Part shown: positions 51,926 through 64,000 of the stretch, one piece after another
Position numbering within the stretch: position 1 is the stretch's first letter
How the letters are laid out: the number at the start of each line of letters is the position of its first letter
NCBI GenBank assembly: GCA_013265495.1
Contig: MU058844.1
Coordinates: 8,245,260 to 8,309,259 of the forward strand
DNA from: Vicugna vicugna
Taxonomy: Eukaryota
DNA: 64,000 bases
Reading direction: 5' to 3'
Notes under the pieces: model-generated
Seen by the model: the letters and a program-made list of their open reading frames with translations, nothing else
Told to the model about the DNA's origin: nothing
Database searches by the model: none
Made by a program: the position numbers and the translations under genes

Positions 51926-52819
51926 GAAAGAAAGTGATGCTGGAAATCAACTTTCAGTGATAATTAATGAATACTTGCAGTGTACCTCTTGTAATGCCAT
52001 TTCACATTATCAGATATTAATGGAATTAAGTTACTACTCGTCTATGTATGTTTTTTAAAGTTACCCTACAAAATGCACTTTTAAAATACACATTATGGCA
52101 TATTTCTGTAGTATTAATGCTTATTTCAATAATGACTGTTGGTAGAATAATTTCAGCAAAATACATCATGTATGTAAAGGAAGACTGATTTGTTGTTTAT
52201 ATTATAGGAAATGATATGAAACTAGAGTTAAAGTCAAAGTGTTTGCCTGAATATCAGCAAAATAAAGCTTCCACCAAAGCAGTTTCCTAGGAGAGGTCAT
52301 TCCCTATCTCAGACCAGTCAGTGGAGCTAAAATGTTATTTAAGATAGGAACTTTTTGGGAAAAGCATCAATAAAAATAGTTTCTACTTCCTATGATTCAC
52401 TAATTGCCACTTACTATTAAAGTGCAGAGTCCCCAAATCTAAGTGGCTCCTGTGTCATAGAAAGAAAAAGGCTTTGGAATGTGAAAGTCAGTAAGAACAG
52501 GCAAATATTCCACTATCCTCACCAGTCCCTTGAAACCCAAGCTCCAAATCCAAAGCTCTTTTCTTTGAAATCTCGTATAGCATCAGTATTACTGACAGCA
52601 TTGAAAGCCATCTTTAGAATGTGAAGTAATCTAGAATTACTTTCCGGGATTTGAAAGAATATGCCTTGGCTTTCTTTGAAAATCTTGTGTTCAGAAATTT
52701 TGTGACCCATGGGTCAGCTTAGTTTCATAATAGACATAAGTTTTTATACTTAATACTAAAAGGCAGTAACCAGTTTTAGCTATTCAACATTGTCGTAAAA
52801 ACTATTCATATTAAGATAA

Positions 52820-54662
52820 TTGCAGAGTCATGGGGCCCTGGATTGACTTATAGGGAACAGCAGTTTCAAGAGTCTTAAGATGTATATTAAATATTTTACA
52901 AAATTGATTTTATGATATACATCCACCTAAAACAAATTAATGAAAATTTACATAATGTTTTAATTCAAAATTTACCCATAAAAATCAGGTCAAAATGTCA
53001 TCATAGTTAAATTAAACTTCACCAATATATTGGACCTCTAGATTAAAACCATAATAATTTACACAACAATGCCACATATGCACTTTAAAAAAATATGGCA
53101 TGCCATGGCACTATTTTAAAATTATTCAGCCCATGTCTTCTTGAGCTCCATTCAACACTAATCACAAATGCCCTTTCCATTCAGATTCAACCTCAACCAA
53201 AATCAGAAACAGTTCTCACCATGGCAGAAAATATAACTGCATCATCAGCAAGTGGAAGGAACCCGGGGTCCACATGCTTCCTGAGTCACCCTCACTGTTT
53301 GCCTATTGAATCAATGCTTTCCCCCTCACCCTGGTTGTGTGGGTTGAATCTATGTATATATACAGACATCTGTTTTGGTTTTCTCTCATCATTTCAAAAC
53401 CCATCTGGATGGGGAGTTTTTCCCTGCACCTAAGCCCATTTGGCTGGAGCTCTGACATCCTGCCTAGCTTTGACAGGCTTGTCAATGGAGGCTGAGCTCT
53501 GTTACCTGGACCCTCCCGCTACTCAAGGAGGTTCTGCTATGTATCATTTGAAACCACAGTTCCATCCATCTCTTGACTTCTAGTGTAGCCTGATGCCTAC
53601 GGACTCCTTTGGATGTGTTCCCACTGAGCAGATTGAGTCTCCTCCAATAGTCATACCTGCTGGAATCAAGCCCCAGTCCATCCAACATCTCTGGACTCTG
53701 TATGTTGGATAAGAGAGTCCCCTCATGAAGTCACCCAACAGCAGGGCGAGTTTTTTGTTTCACAGTAACTGCTTTTTCATCACCCTCAATCTTGTTGCAT
53801 TGGTTAGGTCCCAGTGTGCCTTACTTGCTTACATATTGCCACTCATGATTCTGTCCGTTCTCACAAATTACTGTGATAGTCTCAACTGTTGCACATGGCA
53901 GCTGGACTATTATGAAACATTAAACAATTCATTTCTTTTAAATTTATTTTTGTAGGTCTAGTAATAAAATGTGGTACTGATTCTTTACACTGGCAATTAC
54001 ATGGACCTTAAATGGTAGGATTATTAATTGATTTATTTTTATAAAATTCTTTTATGAGATTTATTTAAAGAATTTTAATTTCAAGCATTTATATTTACTA
54101 ATTATACTTTGTATTTTCCCTATGAATATTTTAGAAGAAATATAATTTATTTCAAAACCAACATAATTTGTCTTTATATTTTTTACATAAATTTGTTTTT
54201 TTGATGAAAATATATTCATATTTTTTATACTTTGAATATAATTACATATTTAGTTCCTTAGATCATTATTGTTATCAGAAAACAAATTATGCAAAAATCT
54301 TGATTTTAGAGACATAATTAATGAGTTTGCTGACATGAAACATGGATGCGAGAAAATAAATTGTATAGAAAACATAAAATAATGTATATATTATGGTTGT
54401 TTATTCTATGACTTATCAAGACATCACTGGACTATCAACTGAATGCCCAACATGAACAAAAATAATTCATTCAGCTCTGGCAATTTGCCAAATTTCAGTC
54501 ATAAGAAAAAACAGCTTTTCACATATTTTCCAATTCTGTTGCTAAGAAAGTACATTTGTCACAGGAGAAGAACTGTTTGCTTGATTTAAAAGGTAGATGG
54601 TATGTGTTTATACTCCATTTATACTCTTGCCTAGGGCTTCGCAAATGTTAGGGGCAGCCCTA
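52820..54662 (+). mobile_element. Degenerate hAT-Tip100-like DNA transposon remnants, possibly interrupted by an LTR-like segment at about 53290-53720
   Basis: 'gacataattaatgagtttgctgacatgaaa' near 54310 translates DIINEFADMK, like hAT transposase C-termini; terminus 'tgcctagggcttcgcaaatgttaggggcagccct'; left boundary uncertain. Confidence 0.5.
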
Positions 54663-55848
54663 AGTTCCATTTTATGTCACAAGAACTGAAAAATAATATG
54701 TATTTAAAATAGAGTAACAGAACGTTGCCCCTAACTTCTCTGAGCTGTGGTTGTTGCTGTTATTTGTTTTCGTTAGTGGAGGTGAAAGTGGTATTCTATA
54801 TCCTAGAGTAGGGGCTTATGTGAACCTCTGATTACTGATGTTAAGAGGTATTTTGAACGGCTTCCTAAAGAATGTCACAGAAATACTCATTTGTTTTGCC
54901 TGATTCTTCTACAGAATACACTATTTCATGTGAGATGATTTCACCTCATGGGTAGGTCTCCTGTACTTAAATCAAAGACACACTGTGACTTGTGAGGACA
55001 TGATGCAGGTGGAGGGGTTATATGTGTGTCATAGTCTGTGTCTCTTCATTTCTTGGCAGCTTCTTTGTCCTGTAGAGGGGAAACTTAAGGAACAGCTGAA
55101 ATCTGTTTCTTATCATCATATTTTCCAGAGAATGGAGCAAGTTCTCTTGTCATCTGTTGGCTCCGTATCCACCTCTGCCGTTCGTGCTATAAGATTTCCC
55201 TTGAGGTAAAAACATTGAAAGACAGCTTCATTCCTTTCGCGTTCCAGTCCTTTGCATAGCACCTGCTCCATAAATGCCCATCACTTGAGTAGGGTTGTAA
55301 GTGGTCCAGTTATCAACTAGTCTGTTTTAAAATTTTAATTTGTAAAACAAAAATACTCTATTTAATCTTTTCACCATACTATAACCCAACAATTTTATCT
55401 GTCCCGTTGTTTAGCTTTCCCTGTGTATTCTGCATACATCTGGTTTTATAAGCTATGAATATGGCTGTATGCAAAACATACATTTTCAGGAGATGGCATT
55501 CATATATCGTGCAGGGCACTTTTGAACAACTGAAAAATCCTACACCATGGCGAGTCAGTATGAGAGACAGTACTTGAGGTGATGGTGACATGGTGCAGGG
55601 ACATGTCTCTCTCTCTAAAAAGAAGTGTTAGCTGCAATACTCTGGCCACATTCCCAGATCAAGGGTATGCTGCCTGTCTAAATTCTGCAGTTCCAATTAC
55701 ATTCACTGTCCTAATGTACGTCCTGTCAGGAATGGTTGTGTTGATGTGTCCGTTGAAACAGGTGTTGCATCTGATGTGTGAGACGCTGTGATCAGGAGAG
55801 GAAAGGGATTCTCCCATACAATGCCAGCACAGAAGTCAGAGATTTGCC

Positions 55849-55874
55849 AAATAAATAAATAAATAAATAAATAA
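55849..55874 (+). repeat. (AAAT)6 microsatellite
   Basis: Direct reading. Confidence 0.9.
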
Positions 55875-56035
55875 TTCTTTTGAGGTATTCCCGACTGTTC
55901 TTCATATATTTAAATATATTCCTTCATGCTACCACAACTCGTTTATTAATTTTCAAAAGACATCCTGGTTATACTTATTTTGAGCTTTCAATATTTCCCA
56001 GACATTTCCATTAGAATAGTCAGACCGAATCCTTG

Positions 56036-56165
56036 TGGTGATTCCACTGAAAACGGGTGGCTTTTGTCAGTTGTGTTGTGTATACAAAAACGGCACCACA
56101 AAAAGCCATCAGCTGACCCCTTTTTGTCAGCATGGTGCTATTTTACCTAATACATAGTTCCTGCC
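56036..56165. mobile_element. Small self-complementary DNA-transposon relic (possibly MER105-like)
   Basis: 'gtgattccactgaaaacgggt...aaaaacggcaccacaaaaagccatcagctgacccc...tggtgctatttt'; family name recalled only. Confidence 0.4.
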
Positions 56166-59100
56166 TTTAGGAATACCAAAAATGGTGTTTCCAAATGGGT
56201 ATTTTGATCACAAAATCATCTTTATGGTTTTTCTTTAAATAATAAAATGGATTTGTCTATTTTTCCACTTCCAGGCAGAGAAGAAATAAGAACCAGGCTC
56301 TGAACACAGTTAAGTATGCAGATTGTTTGACCTTTTCCTCTACTTCTATGCTGAGCATAAAGATTTTTAAAAAATTCAAACAGCCTGTGAATATCCAAGT
56401 AGATTGAAAAAAAGAAACACAGAAATTTGCTTCTCTTATTATGGTTAAAGGTAAATTCCCAAAATTGTGCTGGCACCCAGTGGTTGCATAGTAAGTGCTT
56501 GCTGGACTGAAGTACTGTACCCTTTCCCTGCGTTTATCTCTGCAAGAGGCAGTTTAAAATAAAGTATCAATTTAAGAATTGATTTTTTGTTGTTGTTAAA
56601 AATAAAGTGGCTTCTATGATAAAATTCAACTTAACAGCATATGTTAAATCATTAACTCTATTAGAAAGTGATGAGCACAAACACTGGAAAGAAATATGCT
56701 ATAGTTATTTATATTTAATAACTTACTTATACACAGTCTTTCTATTTTTTTATATTTTTTTGAGTTACTAAAATGAAACCATAAACCATGGGGCAACTCA
56801 TTCCTTTTCTCTACCACCAGATGCACATAAAAGAACTATTGCTTGTGAAGAGGATGCTTGTTATTTTCGACATGATCATCAAGAAACAGATGGAGAGTGA
56901 TCATAAGGTCTATGTGCTGCTCATTGTTTTAAAGCAAGTAAACGTTAATCTGTATTCTCTGAGTTTGGGTTCGTAAACAGTGATCACTTGGAATGAGGAA
57001 GATACAACTTCAGAAAATTATCACAGATATAAAATGATATCTGGAGGTTAGGCCTATTTAGCTCAGTTACACAAATCTCAGTGGAAGTGGACCGTTGTTG
57101 AAGTATCTGTAGGATAGGTCTCAAAGTTCTTGTATAAAGTGGAATTCATTCGCTAATTCAATCCACCATGTGGTTAGGGATATTTTGAGTACATTCTATT
57201 TACATGATTCTGGGGATGTAAACATGAGTATGACATAGCACAGTTTCCACTATCATGCAAAAGCATGCAAAACCGAGGGGCTACCATTACCCTTCTGATG
57301 GTCTGCCATGGGTGGCACCCTTAAGCCAAGCTTCTAAGAACACAGGAACTTGGTCAGTAGCTGTCCGATAGGTGACTACTCTGCAGAAGTTATGGTGATG
57401 CCCCCTCAGGAGGGTTCAAAGGACTGATGGAAATTCATTATTTTGGCCCTTTGGCATTTAAACCCCTCAGTCCTCTTACTCTTCAGTCATATTTTGGCAT
57501 TCTCTCCTTCCCTCAGGTGCAGACTTCTCTCCTCTTACAATGGTCCATCACACTTGGCATAAATCTCTCTCCCTTCTTCTCTCTCCCTCTAATGCTATTT
57601 TAGTAGAATAAGAATCTTAGTTCCCCCAAGCAAGATGTGTAGGGAACATCAGGTTGTTAAATTAATTTAAATAAAAAAGAAACTTAACTGGAGTCCTATC
57701 ACACCAGGTTGTTTGGAGATTAAACTGCAATCATTTGATGGGTAACTGCTCTCTCCCCTGGATGCTCTGGAGTGGCCCGTGGCTCAGGTGTCTGACTGAA
57801 ATGGAAGGGAGCCCTTTGTATTCAACCTGGCATGGTTGCTGCAGGCAAGTCTCATCGCCTAAACCCATGGGAGCCCTTGAAGGTCGCCAGCCTTTCTGCT
57901 ATGCTTGGGGCCTAAGAATCTCTTTGGCACCAACATTTCAGAACCAAATATTCAGACTTCCAGGATCAACAATGCTTTCTTTTTAAGATCTTGTCACTTC
58001 CTTTAGGTACTGCAAGGGAGTGGGTTCAAAGTGTCAGAGTCCCCACTCATCCCCTAAGACTTTAATCTTAGATAACAAATATTTTAATTTATGAGTTTAG
58101 ACAGGAAGTGGGAATTCTCTTCAGATACTTTTGTATTTGCTGAGCCCCATGGATCCTCTTATGACAAAGGAGTCTAAAGGCCCTGGTTAACTTCTTAGAT
58201 CTGGGAAAGGGATAGAAAATTATAAAGAACAAAACATGATATCTCATAGTCATTATGGTTCTCCCTCTCTCTTTCTCTGAGGACTTAATTGTCTGCTTCT
58301 TCTGGTTTCTTTTTCTTTCTTTTAATGTAATGATCAAATGCTTGCTACAGGCCAACCTCACAGAAATCTTTAGAGATCAATATTATCAATTTCATCTGAG
58401 AGTTGAAGAAACTGCATGACAGAAAAGATAAATAAAATAGCAGAGCTGAAATCTGAAATTGTGTCTGTTTACTAATTTAAAAGGAAGCATATTTAAATGG
58501 AAAGAAATTTCTAATATTGGACTAGACCCCCCCTCATTGCTGCCCAAGCTCTTACAAAGAGGGTGATCCTGACAAAGCTCCTTAACCTCTTAGATCCCTA
58601 GTTTGCTATCTAGAAATTGATGTACTTGCTCACAGACTTTACGTGGTTATTAACTGAGATCATGGACAATAAACTACTTTATGAAGGTGGAAGCACTGTA
58701 CAAATGTCAAACACTTGGATCGTTCTACAATGTTATGGCTCCACAAGCTACACATCCCAGGTGATCAGTTAGCCAGTGAGCTGACTGAGATCTCCCCAGG
58801 AAACCAGCAAAAGAGAATCTGTGCATAGAATAACAGGAAACTGATTCTAAGAGGCGAGGAGATTAGAAAGATTCTCCAGAGCATTGGAAAGTTTGACCCA
58901 GAAGAAAGTAACAGGTTTGCCTGGAAGATTGAAGTTATGTTAATTCTTTAGGCAGAGTAAGAAAAGCATTAAAAATCATATTCAGTGATCTCAGACTACT
59001 AAAGATACAAGAAATAGTCTCTAAGCATAGACAAACATCAATTAAGAAATAAACGGAAACCAAGTGGAGAACCATCTGTGAAGCATTTATGTACATTAAA

Positions 59101-59409
59101 TTCAAATTTAAAAATCTAAGCATTCTGAAAGAACGAGTTATAGATTACAAGTGAGACCAGAACGGCCGTATGTGTTGTGACTAAAGACAAAACAAGACAC
59201 AAACAAAAAATTTAGGCCCCAAATTGAGGGTAAAAACTGGAAAATATGTAATATTTTCTATTTTTATCACATCTAGCATGGACCAGGCACAGTCCAAGGT
59301 AAACCTGAAAGTCAGTGTTAGATGACCATTGATATAACTGTTCCTTTTGCATTCAGTCCAATTGAGACATTGTAGACAGAGTCAGAGAACAACAAGACCT
59401 TTTTACTAG

Positions 59410-59640
59410 TAATAATAATTGTTCATTTTTACTGAGCATTTACTAAGTGCTTTACAGGGATTAATTAAGCTAATCTTCTAACAGTGCTTTGAGGAAATCT
59501 CTGTATTTATTCCCATTTCACAGACGGGAAAATAGAAAGGGATTGATTTTGCAAAGGAATGAAACATGGATACACAGTAAGTGGCAGACCAGTACTGGAA
59601 CCCAAAAATCTGATTTCAGGTCATGGTGCTTAACCAGTGT
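59410..59640 (-). mobile_element. MIR SINE relic
   Basis: 'tttactgagcatttacta...tattcccatttcacagacgggaaaa...agtaagtggcagaccagtactggaaccca'. Confidence 0.7.
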
Positions 59641-59949
59641 GTCATGAAGCTGGACTGGAGAATTTAACTTAGCCGTGAAGCCAGCAGAGGCCTCTTAATA
59701 TAGCAGCCCAGATACGTATCTCTGGACCCACAGTTTGTGAATTTGGACTTTCTGAGAGAATGTCAGGGGGAATTATCACCTGCCTCAAATCCTATCAAGC
59801 AGAGAGCAGCCAAAAGGCCAAAAACCTGAGAAACTTCTAGATTTTCACCCAAATCTCTGAGGTAGGCTGTACTGGACCAAGACTTCTAAGAAGGGGTTTT
59901 GTCCCTCCTCTCTATCTTTCCCTTTCTTCCAGTGGGATGCAGAAAACTA

Positions 59950-60173
59950 CAAGGCTGGGGGACAGTAGAACCACAGCTGAAAGAATCCTCAGCCTCTAAA
60001 TCACAATGTGTTGGAGAGCTCCTTCCTGCCCCCACCATGTCCAATCCCTGCCAACCAGGAACACCTGCCTTGGACTGTTTATAGGAGGAGAAATAAACCT
60101 TTATTGTCATTGACCTGTAAGACACATTATGGGACTATTTGTTACTGCAGCTAGCCTTACCCTAACCAAAACA
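59950..60173 (+). mobile_element. MaLR LTR 3' part (MLT1-like)
   Basis: 'ccttggactgtt...gagaaataaacctttattgtc...tttgttactgcagctagccttaccctaaccaaaaca'. Confidence 0.75.
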
Positions 60174-61469
60174 GAGAAGCAGAGAGAGAAAGGCCATATA
60201 TGTATTCACCAGGCTTTAACACAGACCCTCTTCATCTCACCAGTTGTTTAAGCTGCTTCTTGTCCTGTACGGACAAGCTAGTGAGAAAGGTGAAAGGAAG
60301 AGCAGAAAGCTTTAATCCAAAGTCTTTAAGAGGGAGAAGTTTCTATTTTGAGGCAGCAGTGTGAGGAGAGGGAGAAAATTGTTTTCTTTTCTGTTGGTAT
60401 TATTGTCCTTGTTTGAGGGATGAAAAAATTGTGGTACAAAGAGGTTAAGTAACTTGTCTACATTTGCTTCTCTTTATACTTTTATTTGTAATTCGATTAC
60501 GTGACAGCAAAACAAAAGGTCTAAAAGCAAAATATGTCAAATGTGAACATAATTATGGAGATTTGAACATACATTCACTTACTAAAGACCCAAATTAGGG
60601 AAGAGCCTTTTTACACAAAATGCTTTTGACAATAAAAGGATAAATCAAAATACAATAGATTTGCCTGTTATACTTCCCTACTATAAACATGAATCCGCGG
60701 GAAGTGTTTATGAACTGCTTTTCTTGCAAAAAGAACATCTGGAGACATAATGAGAAAATGAAGGCTTGCTTCCTTGGTACTGAGGAGGAAAGTCGTGTTA
60801 CAGAGCAGTCCGGGTTTTCCAAAAACTCAGAATCTCTACCTCAGATTGGGTCTTCACTGCCAAGCGATCATTAACGCATACTGCCTTGATTCCCTAGAAC
60901 TTCACCTAATGCTTATTCCCAGCCATCTCCATCTTCCTCAGGGTTTGGGTCTCTCCAGAATCTCTAGAGAGTGGGATCTTGCTTTCAGCTCCATGGAGAC
61001 TGGAAGCTGGGATGTGAAAATAAGGAAGTATTATGGGAGCTGAGAGTGGGCTCTAAAGGAGGGAACGTTTGGCTAGATGTGACCCTCTGAAAGTGACAAA
61101 GGCCCTGAGACTCTCTCCTGGGGGATTCAGAGAGACTAACGCACCATATCCTAAAATACACAAAAGTAAGATAGCAGCCGAGTGCCAATTTACTAATTCA
61201 AATTATAAAATATAACTGTCGGCAGCCACATTGTCTCCTCAAGTGTACCCCACACGAGAACCTATATCATTCTCAGGAACAATATTTGAATTTATTTTGT
61301 GAAAGGGCTGGCACAGGAATGGGGACACTTGACATCTCCAAGACTAGTGTATTCTCTCCCTGTAGCCAACTCACCCTGAATGTGAAGGCTGCTTAGAAGG
61401 CAGGAACCAGGGAGAGTGGGGTTGGAATAAATGTTGAATGTTCTCCAGTTTTGCTCCTTGGCCCTCTTA

Positions 61470-62500
61470 TCTATATCCATTCTCCAGGCTACCTCACCTA
61501 CACACGTAACTTACATCATGGAATGGAGACAGGTGATTCACAAACTGGTATCTCCCAGTCTCAACCTCTTCTCTGAGTTCCAACCCATCTAACTGTCTAC
61601 TTGACATTTCCACTTGAATGTCTCAAAGGCATCTCAAAATAAACACATCCCTGAAACCAACTCATAAAGTTCCCCCTCAAAACCATCTCTCCCAGTGTTC
61701 TGTCTCAGTGAATGGCACTACATTCATCCATCTGCACAAGGTAGAATCCCAGAGTCATCCTTGATAAGATCCTCTCCCTTACCACCCTCATAACTGACTC
61801 TTTTCCAAGTCCTGTTGTTTCTAGCTTCTAAAAAAAAATCTCACCAACCTTTATACTTCAATCCATCACCATCAACAAAATTGTGTTTAAATTACCCTCA
61901 CGTTTCCCCTGGCCAGCTGATCGCCACGCTTCTATTCTCCAATTCATTCTTAATATTACGACTATAATGGTTTATTTAAAATATTTATCATTACCCATGC
62001 CCCTATCGGCAATGATTTCCCACTGTTATTGGGATAAATAACAAATCTTCTAAATGCCATTTGAGGTTCTGGCTGGTCTCAGTGCCTCTCTCCAACTTCA
62101 TTTCCTCTGCATGCCTCCACCCCCAACAGCCCCGAACACCCTGGTGATTCAGGATCTTGTATTTGCTTTACTTCCCTGAGTCCCAGCAATGCAGCACATA
62201 CTGTCTCACGCTTGTGCTCCTGTCCCTTCTTCATGGAGTCACTGTTACACGTCTTTGTCTATCTTGGCTTAAACAGCACATCGACAAGCAATGTTTCGCT
62301 GGCCTCACTGACTTCAACAAATTGCTCTGGTTTAGCTCCATTTACCTCCTTCATAGTGTTTGTCACCATTGCCATTTTATATCTGGATACTCCATGATGG
62401 AAATAATTATATCTGTTTTCACTTATGATTTTGTATCCTGATGCTTTGCACAGTTTAGCCCATAGAGGTATTCAATAGTGTTTACCAAATTAGTAAATAG
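61470..62500 (+). mobile_element. L2 LINE relic
   Basis: 'actgtctacttgacatttccacttgaatgtctcaaaggcatctcaaa', 'ctcagtgaatggcacta', 'cccagagtcatccttga'. Confidence 0.8.
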
Positions 62501-62512
62501 AAAAGGATGAGT

Positions 62513-62702
62513 AGAAATAGAACTACCATATGACCCAGCAATTCCACTCCTGGGTATCTAGTCACAAAAAAACAAAAACACTAATCCGAAAAGATACATG
62601 TACCCCAATGTTTATAGCAGCACTATTTACAATTGCCAAGATATGAAAGCAACCTAAGTGTCCATCAATAGATGAATAGATAAAGAAGATACGAGGTGTA
62701 TG

Positions 62703-62738
<36 letters not shown>

Positions 62739-62748
62739 TATATATGTG

Positions 62749-62796
<48 letters not shown>

Positions 62797-63150
62797 GGAA
62801 TATTCCTCAGCCATAAAAAAAGAATGAAATGTTGTCATTTGCAGCAACATGGATGGACTTAGAGGGCATTATGCTAAGTGAAAGAAGTCAGACAGAGAAA
62901 GACAAAATGTATGATATCACTTATATGTGGAATCTAAAACATACAACAAACTAGTGAATAAAACAAAAAAGCAGCAGACTCATGGATATAGAGAACAAAC
63001 TAGTGGTTACCAGTGGGAAGAGGGAAGCAGGGAGGAACAGTATAGGGGAAGGGGAAAAAAGATTTATTATGGGATCATATGAAATCAATTGTGTGAAACT
63101 TTTGAAACTTATAAAGCACTACAGAATTTTAAAAATTAAAAACATAATAA
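62513..63150 (+). mobile_element. L1 3' fragment
   Basis: 'aaatagaactaccatatgacccagcaattccactcctgggtatct', 'gcagcaacatggatggacttagagggcattatgctaagtgaaa'. Confidence 0.93.
62698..62793 (+). repeat. Compound (TA)n/(CA)n microsatellite inside L1
   Basis: About 96 nt of alternating purine-pyrimidine sequence. Confidence 0.95.
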
Positions 63151-63344
63151 AGTTGGCAAAACTAGGGGAAAAATGTGATGAGTGGCATATCTACTGGTGG
63201 CACCAGGATGAGACTGCTTGATGAATCTCTCTCACCCTAACCACAGGCACACATTAAGAACAAAACACTTGACATCAGATATCTTTGTTCCTTGTCCCAG
63301 AGGCCCTGCGACTATCTGCATTGGCCCTGGAGCCAGGCTATCTG

Positions 63345-63530
63345 GATCAGAACTCACTCTCCACCATTTAGTTGTTGGCCAGGCTAAGTTATTCAACTGC
63401 ACTAAGTCTGCGTCTTCTCATCCATAAAATAGGAATAAATTTGGTACTTAAATAACTGGATAACTATGAGAATTAAATGGTACTATGGTTGCACACATTC
63501 AGTTCTCAACACATGTTAGCTATTATTTAA
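63345..63530 (+). mobile_element. MIR SINE relic
   Basis: 'ggctaagttattcaactgcactaagtctgcgtcttctcatccataaaataggaataa...tgttagctattatt'. Confidence 0.7.
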
Positions 63531-64000
63531 TAATATACATTTCTCTCTTTTTCTGTGCTGCTTTTTTTTTTCTCTTTTGCTGTACTTCTAAGTCTGATCA
63601 GTGGCTTCACAGTCTGACTGACTTAGTCTTTGTGTAGTTACATTAGTATTTAAAGTCAGTATTCCCTGTCCTTTGAGAGGCGGAGGCTGGTATCTGGTAT
63701 AACATAAAAGGATAAAAACCCCACCCCCATCCACCCAACAGTCAGAACCCTGCTTCTCACATACAGGACAACATACTTGTGATCTGTGTAACTTTCAACC
63801 CAGTCTTCTTAGTATTTCTTCTCTGAAGGGACAGTCCTCCTGAAGAGGGGTACGAAGACTTTCCAAATCTTCTCTTCTCCAACAGAGCAGCCCATCCCCA
63901 GTTATTATCCATATAACACTCTTTCTAAAACCTTCATAACCATGTTCACATCCTGATTCAATTACAATCCCTCTCACGACTGATGGACCCCAAACAGAGT

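Noticed and set aside
1..64000. CRISPR arrays, operons, rRNA/snRNA genes or a novel multi-gene system
   Set aside because: The DNA is mammalian intron and intergenic sequence; I saw no repeat-spacer array, gene cluster or recognisable structural RNA gene

Overview
Mammalian genomic DNA, most likely camelid, judging from the Vic-1-like tRNA-derived SINEs and the style of the young L1 3' end. The only recognisable host gene is TMTC2 (ER protein O-mannosyltransferase) on the minus strand. Its CpG-island promoter and 5' UTR lie at about 39.1-40.7 kb, and the coding part of exon 1 is 39229..39147 (83 nt, MIAELVSSALGLALYLNTLSADFCYDD, GTAAGG donor). Positions 1-39146 are the start of a long intron 1, and the rest is upstream intergenic DNA. 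Both are filled with L1, L2, MIR, LTR and hAT-type relics and microsatellites; repeat subfamily names are from memory and boundaries are approximate. Most other ORFs in the supplied track are chance or repeat-derived. The best observations are: (i) a TMTC2 leader with two short strong-context uORFs plus an out-of-frame overlapping uORF encoding a 48-aa signal-peptide-like peptide, a layout resembling ATF4; (ii) a young 5'-truncated L1 with an uninterrupted ORF2 fragment, a target-site duplication and a 30-nt 3' transduction; (iii) a candidate intronic enhancer; (iv) inverted repeat pairs in the intron. I see no evidence for a wholly new multi-gene system.
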